A stretch of 64,000 nt of DNA from an uncultured Oscillospiraceae bacterium (GCA_964490975.1 CAZBEQ010000002.1:75900-139899), one strand, 5' to 3'; counted from the first letter of the stretch, positions 1-10,670 are shown. Translations and numbers: made by a program. Notes: generated by a model not told the origin, from the sequence alone.

Positions 1-20
1 TATTCTTTACATCAATTCTG

Positions 21-542
21 TTACCAACTGCCTGAGCCGGCCTTTCCCTTCCCCCTGGAAAAAATTATCAGCCCCCCCACCAGCATGACTAACGGTATAA
101 TGATTCCCAAATCAAAAATGCCAAGTATGAATTTGAAGAATATTACAATGAAGCAAGCTGCTGCGATACCGCCGATAATGCTGATCGCCGTCAGAAGTCC
201 TCTTGGTCTGCCAATGTGCATGTAAAGCTGGAATAGACCGATTGCTACACCAAGCAGATAAACCGGCCAGGTGACAGCTGCAAACCTCCAGTTTGTTGCT
301 ACCTCAAAGAAAAACAGCAGGCTGTAAGTGGTCAGGATACCTCCCGGCACAAGAAGACCAGGTGCTTTCAGAGAAATATAGTATGCGAGTTCAAACCCAG
401 CCCCCAGCAGGAATACTATTATTGGCCAGAAATCTCCCGCGTCAAGAGAGAACAAGGGCCTGTCAAAAAGAAAGCGGGCTGCCAGGAGCAATCCTGCTAC
501 AATTATAAGCAGTCCTCCGATAGATGAATTATTCCTTCTCAT
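21..542 (-). CDS. polytopic membrane protein, function unknown
   Basis: The 173-aa ORF is almost entirely hydrophobic helices with a basic N-terminus. GGAGG (551-555, minus sense) lies 8 nt upstream of the ATG. Confidence 0.6.
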   Translation of the reverse strand: MRRNNSSIGGLLIIVAGLLLAARFLFDRPLFSLDAGDFWPIIVFLLGAGFELAYYISLKAPGLLVPGGILTTYSLLFFFEVATNWRFAAVTWPVYLLGVAIGLFQLYMHIGRPRGLLTAISIIGGIAAACFIVIFFKFILGIFDLGIIIPLVMLVGGLIIFSRGKGKAGSGSW

Positions 543-652
543 ATAATTTACCTCCAGTATATTGGTTTTAATTTTCTAATAAATGATACTAAATGCTGGT
601 ATATATGTCTGATAATTTTTGAGAACAAAAAAATATCCTCAGAACACCCGTT

Positions 653-729
653 TTGTGGAAATGTCCCTGTGGATAATGTTGATAAGTCTGTGTATAACCC
701 TATTTATTTGGCTATTTTGGTGTGGATAA
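653..729. promoter_or_regulatory. cluster of five same-orientation DnaA-box-like 9-mers (TGTGGATAA = complement of TTATCCACA)
   Basis: Perfect boxes at 668-676 and 721-729. One-mismatch boxes at 677-685 (TGTTGATAA) and 689-697 (TGTGTATAA). A two-mismatch box at 654-662. Confidence 0.6.
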
Positions 730-748
730 CGCCGCTTTACACAAGATA

Positions 749-3325
749 CTATAGTATCTTGTAGACATTCTCCTGCGGTATGGGTTTTGAAAAGTAATAT
801 CCCTGTATCATATCACACTTGTGCTTTGCCAGGTATTCATACTGTTCCTTCTTTTCGACACCTTCAGCTACTACGCAAAGATTTCTTTTATGCCCTATAT
901 GTATTATGGATTCAATCATGCTATTATCATTGTCTGGTATATCATCAACGAAGCATTTGTCTATCTTAAGCGTATTGACCGGTAATTGCTTGAGGTAGCT
1001 CAGTGATGAGAAGCCTTTTCCAAAATCGTCTATTGAGAACCTGACTCCGATGCTCCTGAGTTCATGTAGCTTTTTCAGATTCAAATCAACAGTCTCGACT
1101 AGCTTGGACTCAGTTATTTCCAATTCGAGCAGAGACGGCTTAAGCTGAGTTTTTGCAAGGGTGTCCCCGACCATACTCACAAAATCGGTCTGCATTAGCT
1201 GTACTACCGATATATTTACAGATATACCAAACTCCTTATTTGTACGGTTGTTGAGATCTACAATAAATTCACAGGCCGTTTTCAGAGCCCACTTCCCTAT
1301 CTGTACTATCAGCCCCGTCTCCTCTGCAACACTGATAAATTTCAAAGGCTGAATAATGCCACGTTCGGGATGCGTCCATCTAAGAAGCGCCTCGAAGCTT
1401 ACGATATTCCCCGTAGCGAGATCGACCTGCGGCTGATAATATAAGATTAACTCATCGTTCTCTATTGCGCGCCTCAGACCATTCTCCATCTCGATCCTTT
1501 CGGTAAACTCGTCATTCATTTCCTGTCTGAACATGATATATGTATTCTTGCCCTCTTTTTTTGCCTGGTACATCGCAACATCAGAGCTTTTCATCATATC
1601 CTCGATAGAGTAAGCGTGATCAGGATAAATACATACTCCGCAGCTTGCTGATACATGAAAATGATTTCGCATTACATTGAACGGCTCTTCGAATACTTTC
1701 ATGGCATTTGCGACCTTAACATCCAATTCCTCGTGCGAGCAAATGCTCTTGATGAATACAACAAACTCATCACCCTCAAACCTTGCAACCATTTCGTTAT
1801 CGGTGAAGCTGTCCCTTAACCGCCGTCCTATTTCCACCAGCAGCATATCTCCCATGGAATGACTGAAAAAGTCATTGATGTATTTGAAGTTGTCCAGATC
1901 AAGGTACAGCAGCGCGCATTTATCAGACTCTTTGAATCCTGAAATCACTTTTTCGACCTCATTGAATAGTGCTGCTCTGTTTGGCAGAGCAGTCAGTTGA
2001 TCCTTATATGCCAACTGCCTGATCGTTTCCTCTGTAGTAGCCAGCTCGTCATAAACTATTGTAAGCTCTTCAAAACTGTCCTGAAGTATATTTTCCTGTA
2101 CAACTCTTTGTGTTATATCAACTCCAAGTATCTCAATGATACTATCCTTATCTTTATCCTCAACAGCGTTGCAGTAAATATGGATCGTCTTGCTGTCTCC
2201 CCGGCTGAGGGCAAGTTCAAAGCTTGCGTTGCTTTCATGGTTATGTACCTTTTCAATGGAATCGCTTAAAATCTCTTTATCCTGTTCTGATAACAAATCA
2301 AACAAATTCTGTATTTTGCCTGTCCCATATTTATCAAAATATAAAAGTAAATCCTCTGCATATCTGTTTGATGTCAAGATGGTCCCGTCCTTTTTTACAG
2401 ATAAAGCGATAAGGTTTGTGAAATCCGCTACCCTGTATGAATTGACCTGCTGTCTCAGTAAATCGAGCTCCAGTATTCTCGAGCGTGACATGATAAGCGC
2501 TATAATGACAGATGCAGCAATAATAAGTATAAAAAGTATAATAAAGGCGATATTCAGTTTGCTGAAAATTTCACTCTTAGGAGCTGTAACCGCAATTGAC
2601 CATTTGGTATTTTCAATAGGGCAAAAGCCCATATACCTTTTCTCGCCATTATAAACATATTCGCCTGTGCCGCTTTCGCCCGAAACCATTCTTTGTTCAA
2701 GTTCAGCCAGCTTGCCTAGTTCACGCAGCTTTACGGCACTCATAATGTCATTGCCTACGCTATATACAAGCTGTCTGTTCTCATGCGCTATAATGTTTCC
2801 TTCATTATTGATAATAAAGGTGTACCCGCCGTCGCTCAGCTTAATTTTATCAGTAATGGTGCTGATCTCATTAGCATCATAAGTTACGTAAAGAACTCCT
2901 GATACTTTTCCTCCATTATATAATGGAACAGCAAAAATAATTACCATCGATCCATCGACACGGCTTTTCAATGGATCCGAGACATTCGATTTCCCACTCA
3001 TGGCAATTTGGTAGTATTCCCTGTCCGCAATATTGATTCTGCACCCATCTGTAGATATGGCATTTCCTTCTGTATCGGCAATGTTCATTCTCCTGTACCT
3101 GTCAAGGTGCATCTGCTTACTGAGTTCATAAAGACGTTGTTCTATCGGAAGGCTTGTGTTACTGATAATACTGTTGGCAGCAATCGACTCGGTCTCAGAA
3201 AGGTGTCCATTCACATAAGCGCTGACAGTTGTTGCCCCTTGATTAGCAAACCTTATAAGTGAATTCTGCATATCAAATACCAGTATCCTGGTGACAACAT
3301 AATAAAGCAAAAGCCCTGTTATCAA
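749..3325 (-). CDS. membrane sensor with Cache-like periplasmic domain, PAS, degenerate GGDEF (EGDEF) and an EAL phosphodiesterase domain
   Basis: The translation shows RFEGDEF at the GGDEF position. It also has EAL (FEALLRW), DDFGKGFSS, EGVE and QGYYFSKP motifs and a TM helix before the PAS region. The ORF-track start is TTG; the frame stays open upstream to 3418 (see finding). Confidence 0.9.
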   Translation of the reverse strand: MITGLLLYYVVTRILVFDMQNSLIRFANQGATTVSAYVNGHLSETESIAANSIISNTSLPIEQRLYELSKQMHLDRYRRMNIADTEGNAISTDGCRINIADREYYQIAMSGKSNVSDPLKSRVDGSMVIIFAVPLYNGGKVSGVLYVTYDANEISTITDKIKLSDGGYTFIINNEGNIIAHENRQLVYSVGNDIMSAVKLRELGKLAELEQRMVSGESGTGEYVYNGEKRYMGFCPIENTKWSIAVTAPKSEIFSKLNIAFIILFILIIAASVIIALIMSRSRILELDLLRQQVNSYRVADFTNLIALSVKKDGTILTSNRYAEDLLLYFDKYGTGKIQNLFDLLSEQDKEILSDSIEKVHNHESNASFELALSRGDSKTIHIYCNAVEDKDKDSIIEILGVDITQRVVQENILQDSFEELTIVYDELATTEETIRQLAYKDQLTALPNRAALFNEVEKVISGFKESDKCALLYLDLDNFKYINDFFSHSMGDMLLVEIGRRLRDSFTDNEMVARFEGDEFVVFIKSICSHEELDVKVANAMKVFEEPFNVMRNHFHVSASCGVCIYPDHAYSIEDMMKSSDVAMYQAKKEGKNTYIMFRQEMNDEFTERIEMENGLRRAIENDELILYYQPQVDLATGNIVSFEALLRWTHPERGIIQPLKFISVAEETGLIVQIGKWALKTACEFIVDLNNRTNKEFGISVNISVVQLMQTDFVSMVGDTLAKTQLKPSLLELEITESKLVETVDLNLKKLHELRSIGVRFSIDDFGKGFSSLSYLKQLPVNTLKIDKCFVDDIPDNDNSMIESIIHIGHKRNLCVVAEGVEKKEQYEYLAKHKCDMIQGYYFSKPIPQENVYKIL

Positions 3326-3440
3326 AGCAACTGCTAAAATCTGGATCGTTTTATTAAATACAAAACTTCTTAACCGCGCTTTCAGAATACCACCCTCACA
3401 AAAAATCTTACAACAATATTATAGAATAATTATTGATTAA

Positions 3441-3502
3441 TGGAAATCTTAAAATAGAAGCAATTTGCTCTGATCCTTTATGGCTGAACAAATTGCTTCT
3501 AT
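3441..3502 (-). terminator. putative rho-independent terminator after the abrB-like gene
   Basis: Perfect 14-bp inverted repeat ATAGAAGCAATTTG (3454-3467 / 3489-3502) followed on the minus strand by TTTAAGATTT. The 21-nt loop is long. Confidence 0.4.
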
Positions 3503-3534
3503 CAAGAAAATAAGATGTTTGCCACGCAAGCCTC

Positions 3535-3774
3535 TCAGCCCTTGAGCTCCTTCATACAAGCAGAGCAAATGTTCTTGCCCTTATAGTTAATGACGTCCTT
3601 GGCATCACCACAGAATATGCATGCCGGTTCATATTTCTTTAAAATAATATTAGCTCCATCAATAAAAATCTCAAGTGCATCTTTCTCAGCAATGTCCAAA
3701 GTCCTTCTCAGCTCGATTGGTAACACAACTCTCCCCAATTCGTCAACTTTTCTTACTATACCGGTGGACTTCAT
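3535..3774 (-). CDS. AbrB/SpoVT-family transition-state regulator with C-terminal CxxC...CxxC tail
   Basis: MKSTGIVRKVDELGRVVLPIELRR is the classic AbrB N-terminal swapped-hairpin motif. The RBS GGGGGTGA lies just upstream of the second ATG (3774). Confidence 0.85.
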   Translation of the reverse strand: MKSTGIVRKVDELGRVVLPIELRRTLDIAEKDALEIFIDGANIILKKYEPACIFCGDAKDVINYKGKNICSACMKELKG

Positions 3775-3821
3775 AGCTTCACCCCCTTTCAAATTACATA
3801 TGTTGCTGCATTTGTTAGCAT

Positions 3822-4253
3822 CTATGTTTTAGATTCCAAATCGTTGAGCACCTTTCTTACGACCCCCGGCAAATCAGTGATCCTGTCTTTGGGAAGATAG
3901 TAATCACAGCCTTTCTCGAAGGCTTCCTCAAGTTCAGTCTGGCTCACGTCTTCAGAAACTATAACAAACGGTATCTTTCTGCTTATATTGTTTTTTATCT
4001 CAAGTGCCCCTAAAGCGCTAAATCCCGGCATAATATTATCACTAAGGATAATATCGCACATCTCTTCCTTTAGTACTTTTTGTAATGCCAGTCTGGATGA
4101 AACTATTCTGCTCTTAATGTTAAGTCCGCTTCTCTTCAGTATCCTCACAGCAAGATCCGCAAAAAATTGTGAATCTTCCACAACGATAACAGAAATCATA
4201 GCACTGTTGTCCATACTCATCCACCATTCTTGAATAAGCTCCTTAAAAAACAA
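3822..4253 (-). CDS. stand-alone response-regulator receiver (CheY-like) protein
   Basis: Receiver-domain landmarks are present: VIVVED, DIILSDNIMPG (phospho-Asp), FVIVSED, YLPKD. There is no output domain, and the exact start is uncertain. Confidence 0.8.
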   Translation of the reverse strand: MFFKELIQEWWMSMDNSAMISVIVVEDSQFFADLAVRILKRSGLNIKSRIVSSRLALQKVLKEEMCDIILSDNIMPGFSALGALEIKNNISRKIPFVIVSEDVSQTELEEAFEKGCDYYLPKDRITDLPGVVRKVLNDLESKT

Positions 4254-4349
4254 GGTACCATAAGTTTTGCTATAATCATGATACCTTGTAAAAATATATA
4301 ATTTAATGAATTATTTCTTGTAATTACCCTGAATTATGTCAGTTTTTAA

Positions 4350-5444
4350 CTAATCAGACGTAGTATTCCTATATTCACTCGGATTTATGCCCGTCAGCTT
4401 CTTAAACAACCTGCTGAAATACTCTGTATCCCGGTAGCCAAGCTGCAAGGCTATCTCATATGTCTTTAGCGTGCCTTGTGAAAGCAGCCGCGCAGCCCTG
4501 ACCATTTTTACCCTTGTTATATAATCTATCAAAAGCTCGCCTGTTCTTTGCCTGAATACCTCGCTTATATATTTGCGGTTCATATAAAGATACTGCGCTA
4601 TTCCCTCTATAGAAACTTCATTATCAACATTCTCAAGAACATATCGGGATATCCTGTGCTCCATCTGGCCTTCATTACCATATTCAAGCCTGCAGATATC
4701 TTCCGCAAGAGCTATGACAGCATTTCTGAAGCCTTCCAGTGCCGACTGTATTTCACCCATTCCTACAAAATCCAGCCCTTTATATTTATTACAGTCAATA
4801 AAGGCACACATCCATGGAAAATGCGCTTTTGATTGAGTAATCAGTTCAGCCATTGATTTTTTCAAAGCTGTCCCTATTTTTATGATGTCATCCCCGAAAA
4901 ATGCCGAGACAGAATCTATGAGTCTGTCCAAGGAAACCATTATATCCGGCTGTTTTTCTTTTACTTCATCAATTAAAAGCTCCAGTTCTGTCGATGGAAA
5001 TGTTTCACCAATTTTTCCCTCCAGCCTTTTCTCCAAACTTTTTACAAGCTCATTCTCCCTTTTTTTCTTAACCAGGAATTGCTCTACCCTATTTAGCATA
5101 TCATGTACTTTATCGTAATCGGGCGGTTTACCCAGATAGTCGAACGCTCCATGCAGGATTCCCTGCTTTGCATATGAAAAATCCTCATAATCGCTTAATA
5201 AAACGATGCATGGACAAAGCCCATTTTCTGCAGTTTCCTTCAGTAATTCTATCCCGTCGATTTTAGGCATTTTTATATCAGTTATAAGCAGATCGAAATC
5301 GCCTTGTCTTAGTATGTTCAGAGCTTCCTGACCATTTTGCGCTTCTGCTGCTATAGAAAAATTTGTCTCGCCATTCCACAGATTAAGCCTTTTGACCTGC
5401 CTACGGCTTATTTCCATATCATCTACAAGCAATACCCTAAACAA
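4350..5444 (-). CDS. response regulator with AraC-type HTH output (YesN-like)
   Basis: An N-terminal receiver (VLLVDD, DLLITDIKMPKIDG) is followed by a C-terminal AraC HTH (YRDTEYFSRLFKKLTGINPSEYR). No adjacent histidine kinase is present. Confidence 0.85.
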   Translation of the reverse strand: MFRVLLVDDMEISRRQVKRLNLWNGETNFSIAAEAQNGQEALNILRQGDFDLLITDIKMPKIDGIELLKETAENGLCPCIVLLSDYEDFSYAKQGILHGAFDYLGKPPDYDKVHDMLNRVEQFLVKKKRENELVKSLEKRLEGKIGETFPSTELELLIDEVKEKQPDIMVSLDRLIDSVSAFFGDDIIKIGTALKKSMAELITQSKAHFPWMCAFIDCNKYKGLDFVGMGEIQSALEGFRNAVIALAEDICRLEYGNEGQMEHRISRYVLENVDNEVSIEGIAQYLYMNRKYISEVFRQRTGELLIDYITRVKMVRAARLLSQGTLKTYEIALQLGYRDTEYFSRLFKKLTGINPSEYRNTTSD

Positions 5445-5605
5445 ACTTCCACCCCAATCACTTTGCCATTATTAGTAGCTTCACTAATATATTACCATAT
5501 TATATGACAGAATAACACAAATAACCGAAAAACCGTTTATTGATTGACATTCGAGATATTTGAGCATTTTGCAATTTTACGCATATTAATCCTTCAATTT
5601 TTTTC

Positions 5606-5635
5606 TTGACAAATCAGCATATATGAGATTATATT
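5606..5635 (+). promoter_or_regulatory. candidate sigma-A promoter for gdhA
   Basis: TTGACA (5606-5611), then an 18-nt spacer, then TATATT (5630-5635), about 200 nt upstream of the start codon. Confidence 0.4.
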
Positions 5636-5744
5636 ATTATGGTGTTAGCAGTTTTTACATATGTTCAAGGGTTTATTTCCAAACAGGGTTTTGGTAAAAA
5701 TGCATAATGGATTTTGAAGGAATATAGTCGCAAAAAATGCATAA

Positions 5745-7184
<1,440 letters not shown>

Positions 7185-7243
7185 GATATAATGACAATTA
7201 TCTGCAAGTAACCTTTGCAATAAGTAATTTGCAAGCTATTATG

Positions 7244-7273
7244 AAGCCCGGCCAGTTTTATCTGACCGGGCTT
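7244..7273. terminator. hairpin between convergent gdhA and aldo/keto reductase genes
   Basis: AAGCCCGGCCAG / CTGACCGGGCTT stem (one mismatch) followed by TTTTAT on the plus strand. Confidence 0.6.
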
Positions 7274-7361
7274 TTATAACGCATTCTGTTCTTCTCTGTC
7301 ATGCAAGTTTCAATGAGGCCGCTCACAAACTACGTATGCTGCTTCACTCGTTATAATAGCT

Positions 7362-8519
7362 TTACTTGTGAAATGTCTCACTGACTTTTAAAAGCCACTC
7401 GCTTATTGGTATTTTTTGAGGGCATTTTTCCTCACATGCCCTGCACTGTACACACTGTTCCGCATGGTTGGCAGCGTCGAAGAAATTGTTGTAAACCGTT
7501 GTTGCTCCGTCAATATCTTCGTGTATCACACTATCATTATAAATAGAAAAATTTCTAGGTATATCAACGTTATTCGGGCATGGCATGCAATAACGGCAGC
7601 CTGTGCACGGTATGGCAGCCCTCTGGTTGTACCTTTCTCGTACACGTTCTATTATGTCAAGGTCACCCTGACTAAATTTCCCGATCCCCGACCTGTCTGC
7701 TGATTCCAGGTTTTCTTTAACCTGCTGCATGGTACTCATACCGCTAAGCACAACTGAAACCTCAGGCTGGTCCCAAAGCCATTCAAAGCCCCAGCCCGCT
7801 GGTGATCTGCCTATTTCTGCTTCATCAAGTATCGCCCTGATATCCTTCGGCGGGTTAGCAAGCCTTCCCCCAAGCAAAGGCTCCATAATGACAACTCCCA
7901 GACCTTTTGAGGCAGCATATTTAAGACCCTTCACCCCTGCCTGGTTCTCAATATCCATATAGTTGTACTGTATCTGGCAGAAATCCCATTTGTCATAACC
8001 ATCTACTATTTCCCTGAATATATCTTCACTATCGTGGAAGGAAAATCCCAGATACTTGATTTTTCCGGCTTTTTTTGCTGCTTCCGCACGTTCGAGAACA
8101 TTGTATTTGAGAATTATATTCCTCCACGAATCCCTGTGCAGCGAATGCAGAAGATAGAAATCCAAATACCCGGTTTGCAGCTTGTCCAGCTGTTCATCCA
8201 GCAGTCTGTCGAAATCCTCGGGCTTCTTGATGTCCCATACAGGGGATTTTGTAGCCAGCATCGTTTTATCTCTATACCCATCCTTCAGTGCTTTTCCGAC
8301 AAGGATCTCGCTTTCGCCTCCATGATAGACGTATGCAGTATCAACATAGTTGACGCCGTTGTCTATAGCATGCCGGATCATTTTAATAGCTTCGTCTTCA
8401 TCAATATTTCTGTCGAGTCTGCCACCGGAACCCTTGATCTCCCTGGTCGGCAGCCTCATTGCCCCAAAGCCCATAGCCGATACCTTGACATCCAACTTTC
8501 CAAAGCTCCTGTACTGCAT
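7362..8519 (-). CDS. aldo/keto reductase with C-terminal 4Fe-4S ferredoxin-type domain
   Basis: AKR N-terminus (GFGAMRLP, DTAYVYHGGESE) plus two Cys clusters, CTGCRYCMPCP and CVQCRACEEKCP. Confidence 0.85.
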   Translation of the reverse strand: MQYRSFGKLDVKVSAMGFGAMRLPTREIKGSGGRLDRNIDEDEAIKMIRHAIDNGVNYVDTAYVYHGGESEILVGKALKDGYRDKTMLATKSPVWDIKKPEDFDRLLDEQLDKLQTGYLDFYLLHSLHRDSWRNIILKYNVLERAEAAKKAGKIKYLGFSFHDSEDIFREIVDGYDKWDFCQIQYNYMDIENQAGVKGLKYAASKGLGVVIMEPLLGGRLANPPKDIRAILDEAEIGRSPAGWGFEWLWDQPEVSVVLSGMSTMQQVKENLESADRSGIGKFSQGDLDIIERVRERYNQRAAIPCTGCRYCMPCPNNVDIPRNFSIYNDSVIHEDIDGATTVYNNFFDAANHAEQCVQCRACEEKCPQKIPISEWLLKVSETFHK

Positions 8520-8724
8520 ATATGCGCCCTCCTGTATCTCTAATTATTCGTCATTGGAAATGTACTTGTATATTAAAGTATTTTACTATTAGTAACGAGT
8601 ATAGCACAACCTTTTTTGTTCCATTTCTCCTAAGCTGCTATCTTAAAACACATTCAGGCAAACAAGCATAAACATGGGCCCCTGTTACCAGAGGTCCATG
8701 CCACAATCAATGCCCTGTTCCTTA

Positions 8725-9489
8725 TCACCTATCCATGCCTGTATAAACAAGAATAGCATCTCTCAGGAATTCTGCCGTACCTGGACACACACTGTCATAA
8801 TGCGCCTTGAATCTTTCATCATATACATACATCTGAGCAACACCGGCATGAGCTTCCTTTGTGTATGAATCCCAAAAGTAACACAGCCACCTTCTGTGCA
8901 GGTCTGCAGCCTTCTGTGCCAGCTCTCCGGCAGGATCACCAGTTTTGCATGCAGCATCCAATGTTTCCATCAGCTCTGCGCTCAGCTTCTCCGTTTGAGC
9001 ATACTGTTCCTCTGTCATACCCATGACCTTTCTGTTTGATTTATCGATCTGTTCGTCTCCATATTTCGCACGGATCTCTTCACCATAATTTTTTTCATTG
9101 TCCTCGATAAGTTTCTTTTTAAAACCTTCGAATTTTTCCTTATCAGCCATAATAACTCTCCCTTCATGTGACGCTATCGTCCTGTCAATATTTGCGATCA
9201 GCCTTTCAAGCTGCCTCTTCCTTGCCAGGAGCTTTCCCCGGTGCTCCTCAAGCGCCATTACGCTGTTGAATGACGGTGAAGACAGTATTTTTGCTATATC
9301 ATCAAGCCCCATGTCGAGTTCTCTGTAAAATAATATCAACTGCAACCTGTCGACTTCAGCCTTCCCATATATCCGGTATCCTGATGAATTGATCCTTGCC
9401 GGCTTGAGGATCCCGATCTCATCATAATACCTCAGCGTTCTGGTGCTTACGCCTGCCATTCTTCCAAGCTTTTGTACCGTATACTCCAT
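8725..9489 (-). CDS. MerR-family regulator with TipAS-like C-terminal domain
   Basis: YTVQKLGRMAGVSTRTLRYYDEIGIL is a MerR HTH. GGAGGGAG precedes the ATG at 9489. Confidence 0.85.
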   Translation of the reverse strand: MEYTVQKLGRMAGVSTRTLRYYDEIGILKPARINSSGYRIYGKAEVDRLQLILFYRELDMGLDDIAKILSSPSFNSVMALEEHRGKLLARKRQLERLIANIDRTIASHEGRVIMADKEKFEGFKKKLIEDNEKNYGEEIRAKYGDEQIDKSNRKVMGMTEEQYAQTEKLSAELMETLDAACKTGDPAGELAQKAADLHRRWLCYFWDSYTKEAHAGVAQMYVYDERFKAHYDSVCPGTAEFLRDAILVYTGMDR

Positions 9490-9510
9490 ATACTCCCTCC
9501 TGACAATAAC

Positions 9511-9541
9511 AGTGTATACCCTCACGTAACGTCAATGTCAA
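9511..9541 (-). promoter_or_regulatory. MerR-type promoter with 19-nt spacer
   Basis: On the minus strand: TTGACA (9536-9541), a 19-nt spacer containing ACGTTACGT, then TACACT (9511-9516). A 19-bp spacer is the MerR-family hallmark. Confidence 0.55.
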
Positions 9542-9905
9542 TAATAATTTTTTATGCTTTTATCTAGGCTGAAAGGCAAAATGCTACCTACCACCTACAG
9601 AGGCAGGGGAGATCCATCGTCTTTCATAATCCTTGCTACATTTTTCAACTTTTGGGGCATTATATTATTAGTAACTAATTAGAAATGGATTCTCATCTAC
9701 AATAATGTTCCAAAGTTCGGGATTATGTCACCAAGTTCAGGATTTTTTAATATGTACTGTGCCCAAAAATTGTATTTCTTAACACTTAACTTTGTAAGTG
9801 CATCGAACTTAGGCTTGCACACATCATTTACATCGCCATAATGTTTTTATGGTATAATATCAAATCATGAAATATTTCGCGTGCGCGCGGGTCAAAGGAT
9901 GAAAA

Positions 9906-10670
9906 ATGGAACATCTGCTGCCGACACTTGCTATCATATGCCCATTGATTTTTCTGGCTGGCTTCATCGATTCCATTGCAGGAGGCGGGGGCCTGATTTC
10001 CCTTCCGGCTTACCTGCTTACCGGTCTGCCTGCGCACCAGGCCCTTGCGACAAACAAATTCTCCTCTTCTTTTGGTACCCTGTTTGCGACCATACGGTTT
10101 ATCAAAGGCGGAAAGGTCCATATAAAATCTTCCTTGGCGGCAGTCGCGGGCGCCCTTCCCGGTTCCTTCCTTGGAGCCCGGCTCGCTTTATCACTTGATG
10201 AGAAATATCTGAAATACCTGCTGATAGCTGTTATTCCGGTCATTGCAGCGGTAATCCTGATTAAAAAGGATTTTGGCCTGCAAAACATTTCCGCTTATCT
10301 CACCAATAAAAAAATGTCGGCCATTTCTTTTCTTGCAGGCCTTTTAATTGGCACCTATGACGGCTTCTTCGGCCCCGGAACAGGAACCTTCCTGATACTT
10401 GTTATGACCGGTCTGATCGGCTTTGATCTGACAACCTCCTCAGGCAACGCAAAAGTAGTCAATCTGGCTTCTAATATCTCGGCGGTAACCGCCTTTATCA
10501 TCAGTGGCAAGGTTTTATACATAATTGGTATTCCTGCGGCATTTTTCGGAATACTCGGAGGCTGGATCGGCTCAGGCCTGGCAGTAAGAAAAGGAGCTAA
10601 GGCTATTAAGCCGGTTTTCATGCTTGTACTAGCCATTTTATTAATTAAAATAATTATTGATCTGTTCTAG
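9906..10670 (+). CDS. TauE/SafE (TSUP) family anion exporter-like membrane protein
   Basis: 254 aa with multiple TM helices and FIDSIAGGGGLISLPA / GTYDGFFGPGTG motifs. The RBS AAAGGA lies 6 nt upstream. Confidence 0.85.
   Translation: MEHLLPTLAIICPLIFLAGFIDSIAGGGGLISLPAYLLTGLPAHQALATNKFSSSFGTLFATIRFIKGGKVHIKSSLAAVAGALPGSFLGARLALSLDEKYLKYLLIAVIPVIAAVILIKKDFGLQNISAYLTNKKMSAISFLAGLLIGTYDGFFGPGTGTFLILVMTGLIGFDLTTSSGNAKVVNLASNISAVTAFIISGKVLYIIGIPAAFFGILGGWIGSGLAVRKGAKAIKPVFMLVLAILLIKIIIDLF

Noticed and set aside
653-729. Calling the DnaA-box cluster the chromosomal origin (oriC).
   Set aside because: No dnaA, dnaN or rpmH is nearby. Only one box cluster is present, and no clear 13-mer/27-mer DUE could be identified. 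It is reported only as a DnaA-box cluster.
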